A stretch of DNA of 64,000 nt from Sinomonas sp. (GTDB taxonomy: Bacteria; Actinomycetota; Actinomycetes; Actinomycetales; Micrococcaceae). Location: assembly GCF_036848755.1 (NCBI RefSeq), contig NZ_DAIUJO010000003.1:30-64029 (forward strand). Reading direction: 5' to 3'. Positions 1-8,530 of the stretch are shown here, piece after piece; position 1 is the stretch's first letter; every line of letters begins with the position of its first letter. Below the pieces are notes generated by a model. It had not been told where the DNA came from and did no database searches. It saw only the letters and a list, made by a program, of their open reading frames with translations. The position numbers and the translations under genes were made by a program.

Positions 1-32
1 GCCACACCCACACCGTGAAACTGCTGGTTCAT
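1..32 (-). CDS. 5' end of an unidentified CDS running off the left edge (MNQQFHGVGVA...)
   Basis: There is an ATG (plus-strand CAT at 30-32) with a GAGGAT Shine-Dalgarno-like motif just upstream on the minus strand. The gene is divergent from the TetR gene. It is too short to identify. Confidence 0.3.
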   Translation of the reverse strand, partial: MNQQFHGVGV

Positions 33-94
33 TGGGGATCCTCTCGGTCTGGGCATAGGCCCGATGGCGGTTAGCTCCGCGTTACCTTAGTCGC

Positions 95-109
95 TATAGC
101 GTTGCTATA
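95..109. promoter_or_regulatory. Perfect 15-bp palindrome TATAGCGTTGCTATA, copy 1; candidate TetR operator
   Basis: The identical 15-mer recurs at 175-189. Both copies lie in the divergent region between the left-edge CDS and the TetR gene. Confidence 0.5.
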
Positions 110-174
110 CAAGCAGGTTTCGTGATTCTCACCACAGCCTCTTCGGCTGTGATCCAGATCACTATTATCTCTTG

Positions 175-189
175 TATAGCGTTGCTATA
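175..189. promoter_or_regulatory. Perfect 15-bp palindrome TATAGCGTTGCTATA, copy 2; candidate TetR operator
   Basis: This is an exact repeat of 95-109. It lies 19 bp upstream of ATG 208, which argues against the ORF-track start at 172. Confidence 0.5.
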
Positions 190-207
190 TCGGTTACGCT
201 AGCGGTC

Positions 208-1068
208 ATGCGTGAGACGGAAGTGGGCGTCGCCGGCGACGCCCAGGACGGGGAGCCTGCGAAGGCCTCCCCCCGTGAGCGGCTCATCACGGCCGCCATG
301 GAACTGCTTGCGGCGTCGGACGGCAAGCCGGTTTCCACGCGTCAGATCACGGAAGTCGCCGGGGTGACAGCGCCCACGCTCTATCACCACTTCGGCGACA
401 AGGACGGGCTCATGGAAGCCGTCGTGGCCAGAGGCTTCGAGGAGTTCGTCCAGCGTGAGGGGAACATCGAGCGATCGGCCAGCCCGATCCTCGACGTCCA
501 GCGGCTATGGGACATCCACGTGCACTTCGGGCTGTCCCACGCCCAGCTGTACACCCTCATGTTCGGCAACGCGGGTCCCGGCCGTCGTCCAGTCCTCGTC
601 GAGGAGGCTGAGCACCTCCTCGAACGGGAGATGGCGCGGGCGGCTGCCGCGGGCCAGCTCGGCGTGCCGCCGGCGCAAGCGGCGCGGGCAGTCCTGGCCG
701 CCAACATCGGGGTGACCCTCATGCTGTTGGCGGACGAGCAGGACGAACCTCTCACGGGAGGCGATATCGCGACTCTGCCGCTCTCCGCGCAGACGCGCGA
801 CGCCGTCCTCCGCTCTGTCGTCTCGGACCCGTCGTTTGTCGACGAGCCCGAGCGGGGAGCGATCGCTGGGGGCCAGCCGTCCTACGTTGCGGCTGCGATC
901 GCCCTCAACGCCACGCTCGAGTCCTCGCACCCGGAGCAGCTCTCCGGGACCGAGATGCGGCTCTTCCTCGAATGGCTCCACCGGCTCTCCAATACACCGG
1001 AGAACGGCAGGAACCGCGGGGGCGGCCAACCTCCCACTACCCCCGGCGGCCCGCGGGCTGCCTCCTGA
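208..1068 (+). CDS. TetR/AcrR-family transcriptional regulator
   Basis: It has an N-terminal HTH ('RERLITAAMELLAASDGKPVSTRQITEVAGVTAPTLYHHFGDKDGL'). I chose the start at ATG 208 (MRETEV), downstream of the operator-like palindrome. Confidence 0.85.
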   Translation: MRETEVGVAGDAQDGEPAKASPRERLITAAMELLAASDGKPVSTRQITEVAGVTAPTLYHHFGDKDGLMEAVVARGFEEFVQREGNIERSASPILDVQRLWDIHVHFGLSHAQLYTLMFGNAGPGRRPVLVEEAEHLLEREMARAAAAGQLGVPPAQAARAVLAANIGVTLMLLADEQDEPLTGGDIATLPLSAQTRDAVLRSVVSDPSFVDEPERGAIAGGQPSYVAAAIALNATLESSHPEQLSGTEMRLFLEWLHRLSNTPENGRNRGGGQPPTTPGGPRAAS

Positions 1069-1085
1069 CACGAAAGCAGGGAACC

Positions 1086-3128
1086 ATGTCGACCACCGCA
1101 GCCCCCTCGAGGCTCCACGCCACGCGGGCCGGGGTGCAGAAATTCGGCACCTTCCTCTCGGGCATGATCATGCCGAATATCGGTGCCTTCATCGCCTGGG
1201 GCCTCATTACCGCCATCTTCATCCAGCAGGGCTGGCTCCCTGTCGGTGCGCTCGGCGGCTTCGGCACGAATCCAGCCACGGGGACGACCTATACGGGCCT
1301 CGTGGGCCCGATGATCACGTACCTCCTTCCGCTGCTCATCGCCTACACCGGCGGCAAGATGGTCTATGACACGCGCGGCGGCGTCCTCGGCGCCATCGGC
1401 ACGATGGGCGTCGTCGTGGGCACGAACATTCCGATGTTCATCGGTGCCATGATCATGGGTCCGCTCGGGGGCTGGACCATGAAGAAGATCGACGCGATCT
1501 GGGACGGAAAGATCCGCCCCGGCTTCGAGATGCTGGTCAACAACTTCTCCGCAGGCATCTGGGGTGCCATCCTCGCCCTCTTCGGCTTCTTCGCCATCGA
1601 CCCGGTGGTCACGACCTTCAGCGCGGCCGCGGGCAATGCAGTGCAGTTCATGGTCAGCCACGGGATCCTCCCGCTCACGTCCATCTTCATCGAGCCGGCC
1701 AAGGTCCTGTTCCTCAACAACGCTGTCAACCACGGCGTCCTGACGCCGCTGGGCATCCAGCAGTCCGCAGCCCAGGGCAAGTCGATCCTCTTCCTGCTCG
1801 AGGCGAACCCGGGCCCGGGCCTCGGGGTCCTGCTCGCCTACATGTTCTTCGGCAAGGGCGCGGCCAAGGCCTCCGCTCCGGGTGCCGCGCTGATCCAGTT
1901 CATCGGCGGCATCCACGAGATCTACTTCCCGTACATCCTCATGCGCCCGCTGCTCATCCTCGCGACCATCGGCGGCGGGATGACGGGCATCGCGACCCTC
2001 GCGCTCACGCACTCCGGCCTCGTCGCCCCGGCCGCCCCGGGATCGATCATCGCGGTCCTCGCACAGACCGCGCGGGACAGCTACGTCGGCGTCGTCCTCG
2101 CGGTGGTCCTCGCCTGCGCGGTCTCGTTCGCGATCGCCTCGATCATTCTGAGAGCGGCGAAGAACAGGGAAGAGGAAGGCGACCTCGCGGCGGCCACAGC
2201 GAGCATGGAAGGCATGAAGGGCCGCAAGTCGATGGCTTCGACCCTCCTCGGCCGCGGCGCCGCGGGGGCGGCTGGCGGGGTCGGGACGGCTACCCTGACG
2301 GGCACCGAGATCAAGAACATCGTCTTCGCGTGCGACGCCGGAATGGGTTCGAGTGCGATGGGTGCGTCGGTGCTGCGCAACAAGATCCGGGCCGCAGGGC
2401 ACAAGGACGTCAAGGTCACCAACCAGTCGATCGCGAACCTGACGGACACCTATGACATGGTGGTCGTCCACCAGGATCTCGCGCTCAGGGCAGAGGAGAA
2501 GACGCCGAGTGCCCAGCTCGTGACCGTCGACAACTTCATGGGCAGCCCGAAGTACGACGAGATCGTCGCCCTGCTCGACGAGCAGTCCGCGACCGAGCCC
2601 GTGCCGTTCGAAGGCGTGGCAGCCAAGACCGAGCCCGCCTCGGAGGAGGAGGCCGCCGCATTCCATGTGCCGGTACCCCACGCGCACACCGAGACCAAGC
2701 AGGTCCTGAAGCCCGAGTCGGTCGTCCTTGCGGGCGCGAGCGTGGACATGGCTGGCGCTATCGAGGAGGCGGGGCGCCTGCTCAAGGCGGTGGGAGCGGT
2801 CGACGACGAGTACATCGCGTCGATGCACGAGCGTGAGCGGTCGGTCTCGACGTTCATGGGCAACGGACTTGCCATTCCGCACGGCACGAACGAGGCCAAG
2901 GGGCACATCGCGTCCTCCGCGCTGACCTTCGTCCGCTACGACCAGCCGATCGACTGGCAGGGGAAGCCAGTGACGTTCGTCATCGGCATCGCAGGGAAGG
3001 ACAAGGAGCACTTGGGGATCCTCGCGAAGGTCGCGAAGGTCTTCGGTGACCGCGAGCAGGTGGCCCGGCTGGAGAAGGCGCAGACCGTCAACGAGGTGCT
3101 CGACATCTTCGGAAAGGTGAATGCATGA
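1086..3128 (+). CDS. mtlA: PTS mannitol-specific EIICBA component
   Basis: The IIC N-terminus is 'GVQKFGTFLSGMIMPNIGAFIAWGLITAIF', the IIB Cys motif is 'FACDAGMGSSAMGAS', and the IIA His motif is 'IPHGTNEAKGH'. I chose ATG 1086 (MSTTAAP) rather than 972. Confidence 0.92.
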   Translation: MSTTAAPSRLHATRAGVQKFGTFLSGMIMPNIGAFIAWGLITAIFIQQGWLPVGALGGFGTNPATGTTYTGLVGPMITYLLPLLIAYTGGKMVYDTRGGVLGAIGTMGVVVGTNIPMFIGAMIMGPLGGWTMKKIDAIWDGKIRPGFEMLVNNFSAGIWGAILALFGFFAIDPVVTTFSAAAGNAVQFMVSHGILPLTSIFIEPAKVLFLNNAVNHGVLTPLGIQQSAAQGKSILFLLEANPGPGLGVLLAYMFFGKGAAKASAPGAALIQFIGGIHEIYFPYILMRPLLILATIGGGMTGIATLALTHSGLVAPAAPGSIIAVLAQTARDSYVGVVLAVVLACAVSFAIASIILRAAKNREEEGDLAAATASMEGMKGRKSMASTLLGRGAAGAAGGVGTATLTGTEIKNIVFACDAGMGSSAMGASVLRNKIRAAGHKDVKVTNQSIANLTDTYDMVVVHQDLALRAEEKTPSAQLVTVDNFMGSPKYDEIVALLDEQSATEPVPFEGVAAKTEPASEEEAAAFHVPVPHAHTETKQVLKPESVVLAGASVDMAGAIEEAGRLLKAVGAVDDEYIASMHERERSVSTFMGNGLAIPHGTNEAKGHIASSALTFVRYDQPIDWQGKPVTFVIGIAGKDKEHLGILAKVAKVFGDREQVARLEKAQTVNEVLDIFGKVNA

Positions 3129-4336
3129 GTTCCGAGGCCGCTTCGGCGCAGAAGGCGTCGGCAGCCCCTTCGGCCGTCCACTTCGGGGCGGGGAACATAG
3201 GCCGTGGGTTCGTGGGCCTCCTGCTCCATGAGGCGGGCTACGAACTCGTCTTCGCCGACGTCGCGGCGCCGCTCATCGACGCCCTCCAGGCCACGCCCTC
3301 GTACACCGTGCACGAGGTGGGCGAGGGCGGCCGGGACCACGTCGTGGACCGCTACACGGCCGTCAACTCCGGAACGGCGGAGGCGGAGCTCGTCGAGCGG
3401 ATCGCGCGCGCCGAGATCGTGACGACCGCGGTGGGCCCGAACATCCTCAAGTTCGTGGCCCCCACGATCGCGCGGGGGATCGCCGCGCGGCTCCCGGACG
3501 CTCCGCGGCTCGCTGTCATGGCGTGCGAGAACGCGATCAATGCGACCGACCTCCTCGAGGCCGAGGTGCGCGTGGCGGCTGGATCCGAGGGACTCTCCGA
3601 CGCGGACGTAGACAGCAGGGCGCTCTTCGCCAACACGGCGGTGGACAGGATCGTTCCTGCCCAGGCCCCGGGCGGCGGCCTCGACGTCCGGGTCGAGCCC
3701 TACTTCGAATGGGCCGTCGAGCGCGGCCCGTTCGGCGAGGAGGCCCCGGAGATCCCGGGCGTCACGTGGGTAGACTCGCTCGGACCGTACATCGAGCGGA
3801 AGCTCTTCACGGTGAACACGGGGCACGCGGCCGCAGCCTACTTCGGCCGTGCCGCCGGGAAGGAGAAGATCGCCGAAGCGATCGCGGACCCGTCCATCCG
3901 CACGAAGGTCGAGGCGGTGCTCGCCGAGACGAAGTCGCTGCTTGTCGCCAAGTACGGCTTCGCCCCCGACGAGCAGGAGGCGTACATTCGCAAGATCCTG
4001 GGCCGGTTCGCGAACGCGGAGCTCCCCGACACGGTCGACCGCGTCGGCCGAGCGCCGCTTCGCAAGCTCAGCCGTCACGAGCGCTTCGTGGGGCCGGCGG
4101 CGGAGCTCGCAGAGCGGGGCCTCCCGGCGGATGGCCTGCTCGAGGCAATGGGCGCGGCGCTGCGCTTCGACGCAGCGGACGACGACGAAGCGCAGCGCCT
4201 TCAGGCGGTCCTGGCCGGCGAGGCGAGCGACGTGGAGGTCGCGGAAGAGCTCTCAGGGCTCGACGCGGACCACCCGCTGCACGACGCCGTCGTCCGTCTC
4301 GTCGAACAGGCGCGCGCGGTGCGGACGCCGCACTAA
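3125..4336 (+). CDS. mtlD: Mannitol-1-phosphate 5-dehydrogenase
   Basis: It has the Rossmann motif 'VHFGAGNIGRGFVGLLLHEAGYELVFADV'. An ATGA overlap with the mtlA stop indicates translational coupling. Confidence 0.9.
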   Translation: MSSEAASAQKASAAPSAVHFGAGNIGRGFVGLLLHEAGYELVFADVAAPLIDALQATPSYTVHEVGEGGRDHVVDRYTAVNSGTAEAELVERIARAEIVTTAVGPNILKFVAPTIARGIAARLPDAPRLAVMACENAINATDLLEAEVRVAAGSEGLSDADVDSRALFANTAVDRIVPAQAPGGGLDVRVEPYFEWAVERGPFGEEAPEIPGVTWVDSLGPYIERKLFTVNTGHAAAAYFGRAAGKEKIAEAIADPSIRTKVEAVLAETKSLLVAKYGFAPDEQEAYIRKILGRFANAELPDTVDRVGRAPLRKLSRHERFVGPAAELAERGLPADGLLEAMGAALRFDAADDDEAQRLQAVLAGEASDVEVAEELSGLDADHPLHDAVVRLVEQARAVRTPH

Positions 4337-4369
4337 GTTCCCCGGGCAGTCCCCTGCGGAGCAAAAGCA

Positions 4370-4405
4370 AAAGGGCCGCCTCCCCGTTCGGGGAGGCGGC
4401 CCTTT
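4370..4405. terminator. 16-bp perfect stem hairpin (AAAGGGCCGCCTCCCC-GTTC-GGGGAGGCGGCCCTTT), probably a bidirectional terminator
   Basis: The inverted repeat was read directly, 34 bp after the mtlD stop. T-rich flanks occur on both strands. Confidence 0.8.
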
Positions 4406-4556
4406 GCTCTAGCTAGTTAAACCTGCATCGCGCCGTTGAGATGCAGGTCACGTTTTCGAGTCTAGGCAGGTGCTCACAGCGAATCAAAGCCGAAACAAAC
4501 CATCGATGCCAATTTGAAACATTCTCTTTGAGGCATCTCGGGTGCAGGAGCCACCC

Positions 4557-4622
4557 GTCGGGCACAACAACCGCCGGGCACAGCAAACCCGCCGGGCACA
4601 GCCACGCGTCGGGCATCAAAAG
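4557..4622. repeat. Four direct copies of a GYCGGGCAYA-containing unit with a 16-18 bp period
   Basis: The units are gtcgggcacaacaacc / gccgggcacagcaaaccc / gccgggcacagccacgc / gtcgggcatcaaaagc. They sit in the convergent mtlD/phosphoesterase intergenic region. Confidence 0.6.
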
Positions 4623-4674
4623 CGAGGCCCCCGCTGCGCCTGGGGCGCAACGGGGGGCCGGGAGGCCGATCGGG

Positions 4675-6372
4675 CTAGCTGCAGGAGCCGCCCTGGCCGA
4701 GATGCTGGCCGCTGTTGCCGGCGCAGTAGGCCGCCTGGACCACCGAACCGTTCGCGGGGTTGAGGATCAGTCCGTCGCGGCGGAGGTGGGTGAAGTCGAA
4801 CATGTTCCCGAGCGAGCCTGCGAGCTGGTCGAACGAGCTGTCGCCGAGACGGCCGAGGTTCCAGTTGTCCTCGATGAAGCGGAGGATCGACGACTGCTGG
4901 GTCTGCGTGTGGTCGACGAAGTTCCGCTTGGCGTACGGCGAGATCACGAGAAGCGGAAGGCGCTGCCCGGGACCGCAGCGGTCCTGGTAGCCGCCGAGCA
5001 CGGGGGTCCCGGCCTTCGCGGCGTCGAGGCACCACGCGGCGTCGTTCGCCGGGTCGTTCGAGGCGTTCTTGACCTGGGCGGCGACGTGGTCGTACCAGCC
5101 GTCGGAGTCGTCGTAGGCGAGGACGATCGCCGTCGAATCCCAGTTCTTGGACTTCTGGATCGAGTTGATCTCGTTCACCACGAACTGCTGCTCGTCGATC
5201 GGATCCGAGTTGGAAGCGTGCCCGTCCTGGTAGGAAGGAGCCTTGAGGAAGGACACGGCCGGCATGTTGTCAGTGTTCACGACCTTGTCGAAGGCCGTCA
5301 TGTCGTACTGGTGGTTCGCCTGGCCGTTGTGGCCGATCTCAGCGTCGCTCGCCGGCGGGAGGTGGTGCGGGTTGGCCGTCGAGGCGTAGTACTGGAACGG
5401 CTCGTGGTGCGGGCTGTAGTCGGTCGAGGAGACGCCCGCGACGTTCGTGTGCTTCGTGGTGCACTGGGCGTAGTCCGTGCCGCTGATCGTCTTGCTGCCC
5501 TGCGGCGTGAAGCCACCCTGGAACCAGCCCCACGAGACTCCTTGGGCGTTGAGCAGGTCGCCGACGTTCTTGCCCTGCATCGCAGCGAGGGCGTACGGCG
5601 AACCGTTGCGGCTGTTGTCGGAGCAGTCGTCGTAGGCCGGGTCGGGGTCCCCGGTGACGGTGCCGACGCCTTGGGCGTTCGGCGACTTCACCGTGTAGGA
5701 ATCCGGCGTCGAGGTCTGCTTGCCGGTGAGCGCGTCGATGCTCGTCACGCCGTGGGTCTGGCCCGAGACGAGGTTCAGGGCCCCCGGCGTCGAGGGGCCG
5801 AACTCGTCGTCGTAGCTGTTGTCGCTCATAGCGAAGTGCTGGGCGTAGTTCCACATGCCCGTCACCGTGTTGCCGTCGTAGTAGCCCATGGTGAGGCCCG
5901 GCGCCTGGTACCGGGGGGCGCCGCACGTGTCCGTGCTCGTGTACTGGACGAACTTGTTGAGGAGCCCGCCGTTGTAGGCCTGCTGCTCAGGGGTGTAGGC
6001 GTGGTCCTGATCGCACGTTACCGCCTGGCCGGGGGTCAGGCGGAACGGCTGCACCGAGTTCGGGTTGTTGGGCGCGAGGAGGCCCGCGTTCGCGAGGGTG
6101 TTGACGTTCTTCGGCGTGTTCGGCGCGGCCGTGAAGGACGACGCCGGGGCGCCGCTTCCCTGAAGCGTCTCGCCAGCCGTGTTGGCGGCGTTGGGGTAGG
6201 TCGCGAAGTAGTGGTCGAACGAGACGTTCTCGCCGAAGATGACGACGACGTGCTTGATGGGAGTGGTAGTCGAGGCCTGTGCGGGCAGGGCGGCTGCGAT
6301 AGCGCCGCCCGACGCCACGACGAGCCCGAGCGCGCTCGCCGCGGCGGCGGAGCGAATGCTGAACTTCGGCAT
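4675..6372 (-). CDS. Secreted phosphoesterase-family protein (non-haemolytic phospholipase C / AcpA acid-phosphatase type)
   Basis: It has a signal peptide ('MPKFSIRSAAAASALGLVVASGGAIAAALPAQAS') followed by 'IKHVVVIFGENVSFDHYFATYP', which is typical of the phosphoesterase family. Confidence 0.8.
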   Translation of the reverse strand: MPKFSIRSAAAASALGLVVASGGAIAAALPAQASTTTPIKHVVVIFGENVSFDHYFATYPNAANTAGETLQGSGAPASSFTAAPNTPKNVNTLANAGLLAPNNPNSVQPFRLTPGQAVTCDQDHAYTPEQQAYNGGLLNKFVQYTSTDTCGAPRYQAPGLTMGYYDGNTVTGMWNYAQHFAMSDNSYDDEFGPSTPGALNLVSGQTHGVTSIDALTGKQTSTPDSYTVKSPNAQGVGTVTGDPDPAYDDCSDNSRNGSPYALAAMQGKNVGDLLNAQGVSWGWFQGGFTPQGSKTISGTDYAQCTTKHTNVAGVSSTDYSPHHEPFQYYASTANPHHLPPASDAEIGHNGQANHQYDMTAFDKVVNTDNMPAVSFLKAPSYQDGHASNSDPIDEQQFVVNEINSIQKSKNWDSTAIVLAYDDSDGWYDHVAAQVKNASNDPANDAAWCLDAAKAGTPVLGGYQDRCGPGQRLPLLVISPYAKRNFVDHTQTQQSSILRFIEDNWNLGRLGDSSFDQLAGSLGNMFDFTHLRRDGLILNPANGSVVQAAYCAGNSGQHLGQGGSCS

Positions 6373-6450
6373 CTGGAATTGGTCCTTCAGGTCGTTGGAA
6401 GAGGGGTCCCCGGAAAGACCCTAGACCTGTGAAAAGCCTGTGATGCCCGA

Positions 6451-6483
6451 GTTCTGAATCAGTTCAACAAGAGTTCACCCTTC
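6451..6483 (+). promoter_or_regulatory. Three tandem 11-nt direct repeats (GTTCTGAATCA GTTCAACAAGA GTTCACCCTTC); PHO-box-like
   Basis: The period is exactly 11 nt with a GTTCAYY core. The repeats lie 79-111 nt upstream of the phosphoesterase start codon and overlap the stop of the TetR gene. Their orientation is opposite to the phosphoesterase gene. Confidence 0.35.
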
Positions 6484-7134
6484 TTGAACCCGGCCGTCCG
6501 CCCTCAGCCCGTCGAACAGGACCGCGACCACGTCGTCGGCGAGCTTCTCCGGCGTGAGCGATCCTCCCGGGCGGTACCACTCGACGATGGAGTTGATCGT
6601 GCCGAAGAGGAGTCGCGACACGGTGCGGGGGTCGACGTCGCTCCGCACCGTGCCCTCGGCCCGTGCCTCCTCGATGAGCTCGGCGACCTGCCGGTCGAAG
6701 CCGCGACGCCGCTCGAGCGCGCGCCGCTCGGTCTCGGTGTTGCCCCGCAGGCGGAGGAGAAGCGTCACGAACGGCAGCCGCTCGGTGAGGACGCTGACGG
6801 TCGAGCGCACGACGAACTCTAGCCGGTGTTCGGCCGTGCCCTCCTTGGTCTCGGGGGCCTCCCACACGGACTCGAGGCCGCCGAGTGCCTGCTCGAGCGC
6901 GAGCGCGAGCAGGTCCTCCTTCGAGGGAACGTGGTGGTAGATGGCTGACTTCGAGATCCCGAGGTTCTCCGCGAGGATCCCCATCGACGTCGCGTCGTAG
7001 CCATGCCGGTTGAAGACCTCGACGGCGACGTTCAGCACGGACTGCTGGTCGTAGCCGGGCCGCCCCCGGCGCCCGGACGGCGCCGGTCCGGGGGCATCGG
7101 GGCCGGGGGTCTTGGTTGCGGCGGGGGAAGGCAT
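6475..7134 (-). CDS. TetR-family regulator, probably the phenylacetate regulon repressor (PaaR-like)
   Basis: It has the HTH 'VLNVAVEVFNRHGYDATSMGILAENLGISKSAIYHHVPSKEDLL'. It lies immediately downstream of paaK on the same strand. Confidence 0.75.
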   Translation of the reverse strand: MPSPAATKTPGPDAPGPAPSGRRGRPGYDQQSVLNVAVEVFNRHGYDATSMGILAENLGISKSAIYHHVPSKEDLLALALEQALGGLESVWEAPETKEGTAEHRLEFVVRSTVSVLTERLPFVTLLLRLRGNTETERRALERRRGFDRQVAELIEEARAEGTVRSDVDPRTVSRLLFGTINSIVEWYRPGGSLTPEKLADDVVAVLFDGLRADGRVQEG

Positions 7135-7156
7135 GGGTTCGAGTCTAGGCCGAGGC

Positions 7157-8497
7157 TCAGCCCTGACGGCGGAGATCGTAGATGCGGCGCAGCTTTCCGT
7201 TCGAGCGCTCGAGCGATCCGGGCTCGACGACGTCGATGCGGCACGAGGAACCGATGTGGACCTTGATCTGCTGGCGAAGTGCCGCCGCCGCCGAGGTGCG
7301 CTGCTCCGCCGTCGTGCCCTCCCGGGGCTCGATCTTCACGGTGAGCTCGTCCATGCGGTGGGGGCGGGTGATTTCGAGCTGGAAGTGTGGGCTCAGCTCC
7401 GGGATCCGCAGCGCGATCTCCTCGATCTGGGACGGGAAGAGGTTCACGCCGCGGAGGATGATCATGTCGTCGCTGCGGCCTGAGATGCGGCCCATGCGGC
7501 GATGGCCGGGGCGCGTCGTGCCGGGCTGGAGGGTCGTGAGGTCCTTCGTCCGGTAGCGGATGATCGGCAAGGCCTGCTTCGTGAGGGACGTGAAGACGAG
7601 CTCCCCCGTCTCACCGTCGGCCTTGGTCTTGGTGAGGTCGAATGGGTCGACAATCTCGGGGCGGAAGTGGTCCTCCCAGATGTGGCTCCCGTCCTGGGTC
7701 TCGACCGACTCGCCGGCGACGCCCGGGCCCATCACCTCCGAGAGGCCATAGATGTCGCAGGCCTTGAGGTCGAACATCTCCTCGAGTTCGCGGCGCATCT
7801 CCTGGGTCCAGGGCTCGGCCCCGAGCACTGCGAACTTGAGCGAGGTCGCCCGCGGGTCAAGCCCCTTGTGGATCATCGAGTCGCCGATGGTGAGGAGATA
7901 GGTCGGCGTGCAGAGGATCGCGTCGGGAGCGAAGTCGCCGATGAGCTGGATCTGCTTCTCGGTTTGACCGCCGGACATCGGGATGACCGTCGCGCCGAGC
8001 TTCTCCGCGCCTGCGTGGGCGCCGAGTCCGCCGGTGAAGAGCCCATAGCCGTAGGCGTTGTGCACCTTCATGCCGGGGCGGACGCCGGACGCGCGGAGGC
8101 AGCGGGCCACGAGCGTGGCCCAGTTGTCGAGGTCGTGCTTGGTGTAGCCGACGACGGTCGGGCGGCCGGTCGTGCCCGAGCTCGCGTGGATGCGGGCCAC
8201 TTGGTCCATCGGGACGGCGAACATGCCGAAGGGGTACTCCTTGCGGAGGTCTTCCTTGGTCGTGAAGGGAAAGTTGGACAGGTCGGCGAGCTCCTTGAGG
8301 TCGTTCGGGTGCACCCCGGCCTCGTCGAACTTGCGCTTGTAGAGCGGAACCCTGCGGTATGCGTAGTCCAAGGTCTCCTGGAGGCGTGTGAGCTGGAGCG
8401 ACTCGATCTGGTCGCGCGACATCGTCTCCTCGGCGTCGAGGATCGCGGGGCCGAACGCTGAGGTTTGGGGGGACTCTGGGGCGGCGGTCTGGGTCAC
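7157..8497 (-). CDS. paaK: Phenylacetate-CoA ligase
   Basis: It contains 'LQLTRLQETLDYAYRRVPLYKRKFDEAGVHPNDLKELADLSNFPFTTKEDLR' and 'IHASSGTTGRPTVV'. Confidence 0.92.
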   Translation of the reverse strand: MTQTAAPESPQTSAFGPAILDAEETMSRDQIESLQLTRLQETLDYAYRRVPLYKRKFDEAGVHPNDLKELADLSNFPFTTKEDLRKEYPFGMFAVPMDQVARIHASSGTTGRPTVVGYTKHDLDNWATLVARCLRASGVRPGMKVHNAYGYGLFTGGLGAHAGAEKLGATVIPMSGGQTEKQIQLIGDFAPDAILCTPTYLLTIGDSMIHKGLDPRATSLKFAVLGAEPWTQEMRRELEEMFDLKACDIYGLSEVMGPGVAGESVETQDGSHIWEDHFRPEIVDPFDLTKTKADGETGELVFTSLTKQALPIIRYRTKDLTTLQPGTTRPGHRRMGRISGRSDDMIILRGVNLFPSQIEEIALRIPELSPHFQLEITRPHRMDELTVKIEPREGTTAEQRTSAAAALRQQIKVHIGSSCRIDVVEPGSLERSNGKLRRIYDLRRQG

Positions 8498-8530
8498 GGT
8501 GTCTCTCTCCGTAGTGGCCAGGGGATGGGG

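Noticed and set aside
172-207. The ORF-track N-terminal extensions are at 172 (TetR), 972 (mtlA), 11310 (pta), 18012 (PqqD), 18188 (LCP), 25265 (paaE), 31307 (E1-alpha), 33549 (E2), 34909 (MBL), 42944 (menD), 47087 (permease), 47710 (SBP), 50051 (dehydrogenase) and 50084 (GntR).
   Set aside because: The extensions overlap upstream genes or operators, have atypical composition, and lack an RBS. Internal ATG or GTG codons that match family N-termini, often with a Shine-Dalgarno motif or stop/start overlap, were preferred.
882-3011. Very long ORFs lie antisense to, or out of frame with, clear genes. Examples are 882-3011(-), 4441-6432(+), 14628-16133(-), 33477-35258(-), 38819-40186(-), 57073-59157(-) and 57525-59738(+) upstream of cysH.
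   Set aside because: These are typical high-GC shadow ORFs. Their translations are Arg/Pro/Gly/Ala-rich and low-complexity with no recognisable motifs. Each overlaps a CDS with strong family signatures on the other strand or in another frame.
4413-4619. A 68-aa Cys-containing ORF on the minus strand lies in the mtlD/phosphoesterase intergenic region.
   Set aside because: It has no recognisable domain, no convincing RBS, and it spans the repeat array. I cannot support it as a gene without conservation or expression data. The region is still reported as a finding.
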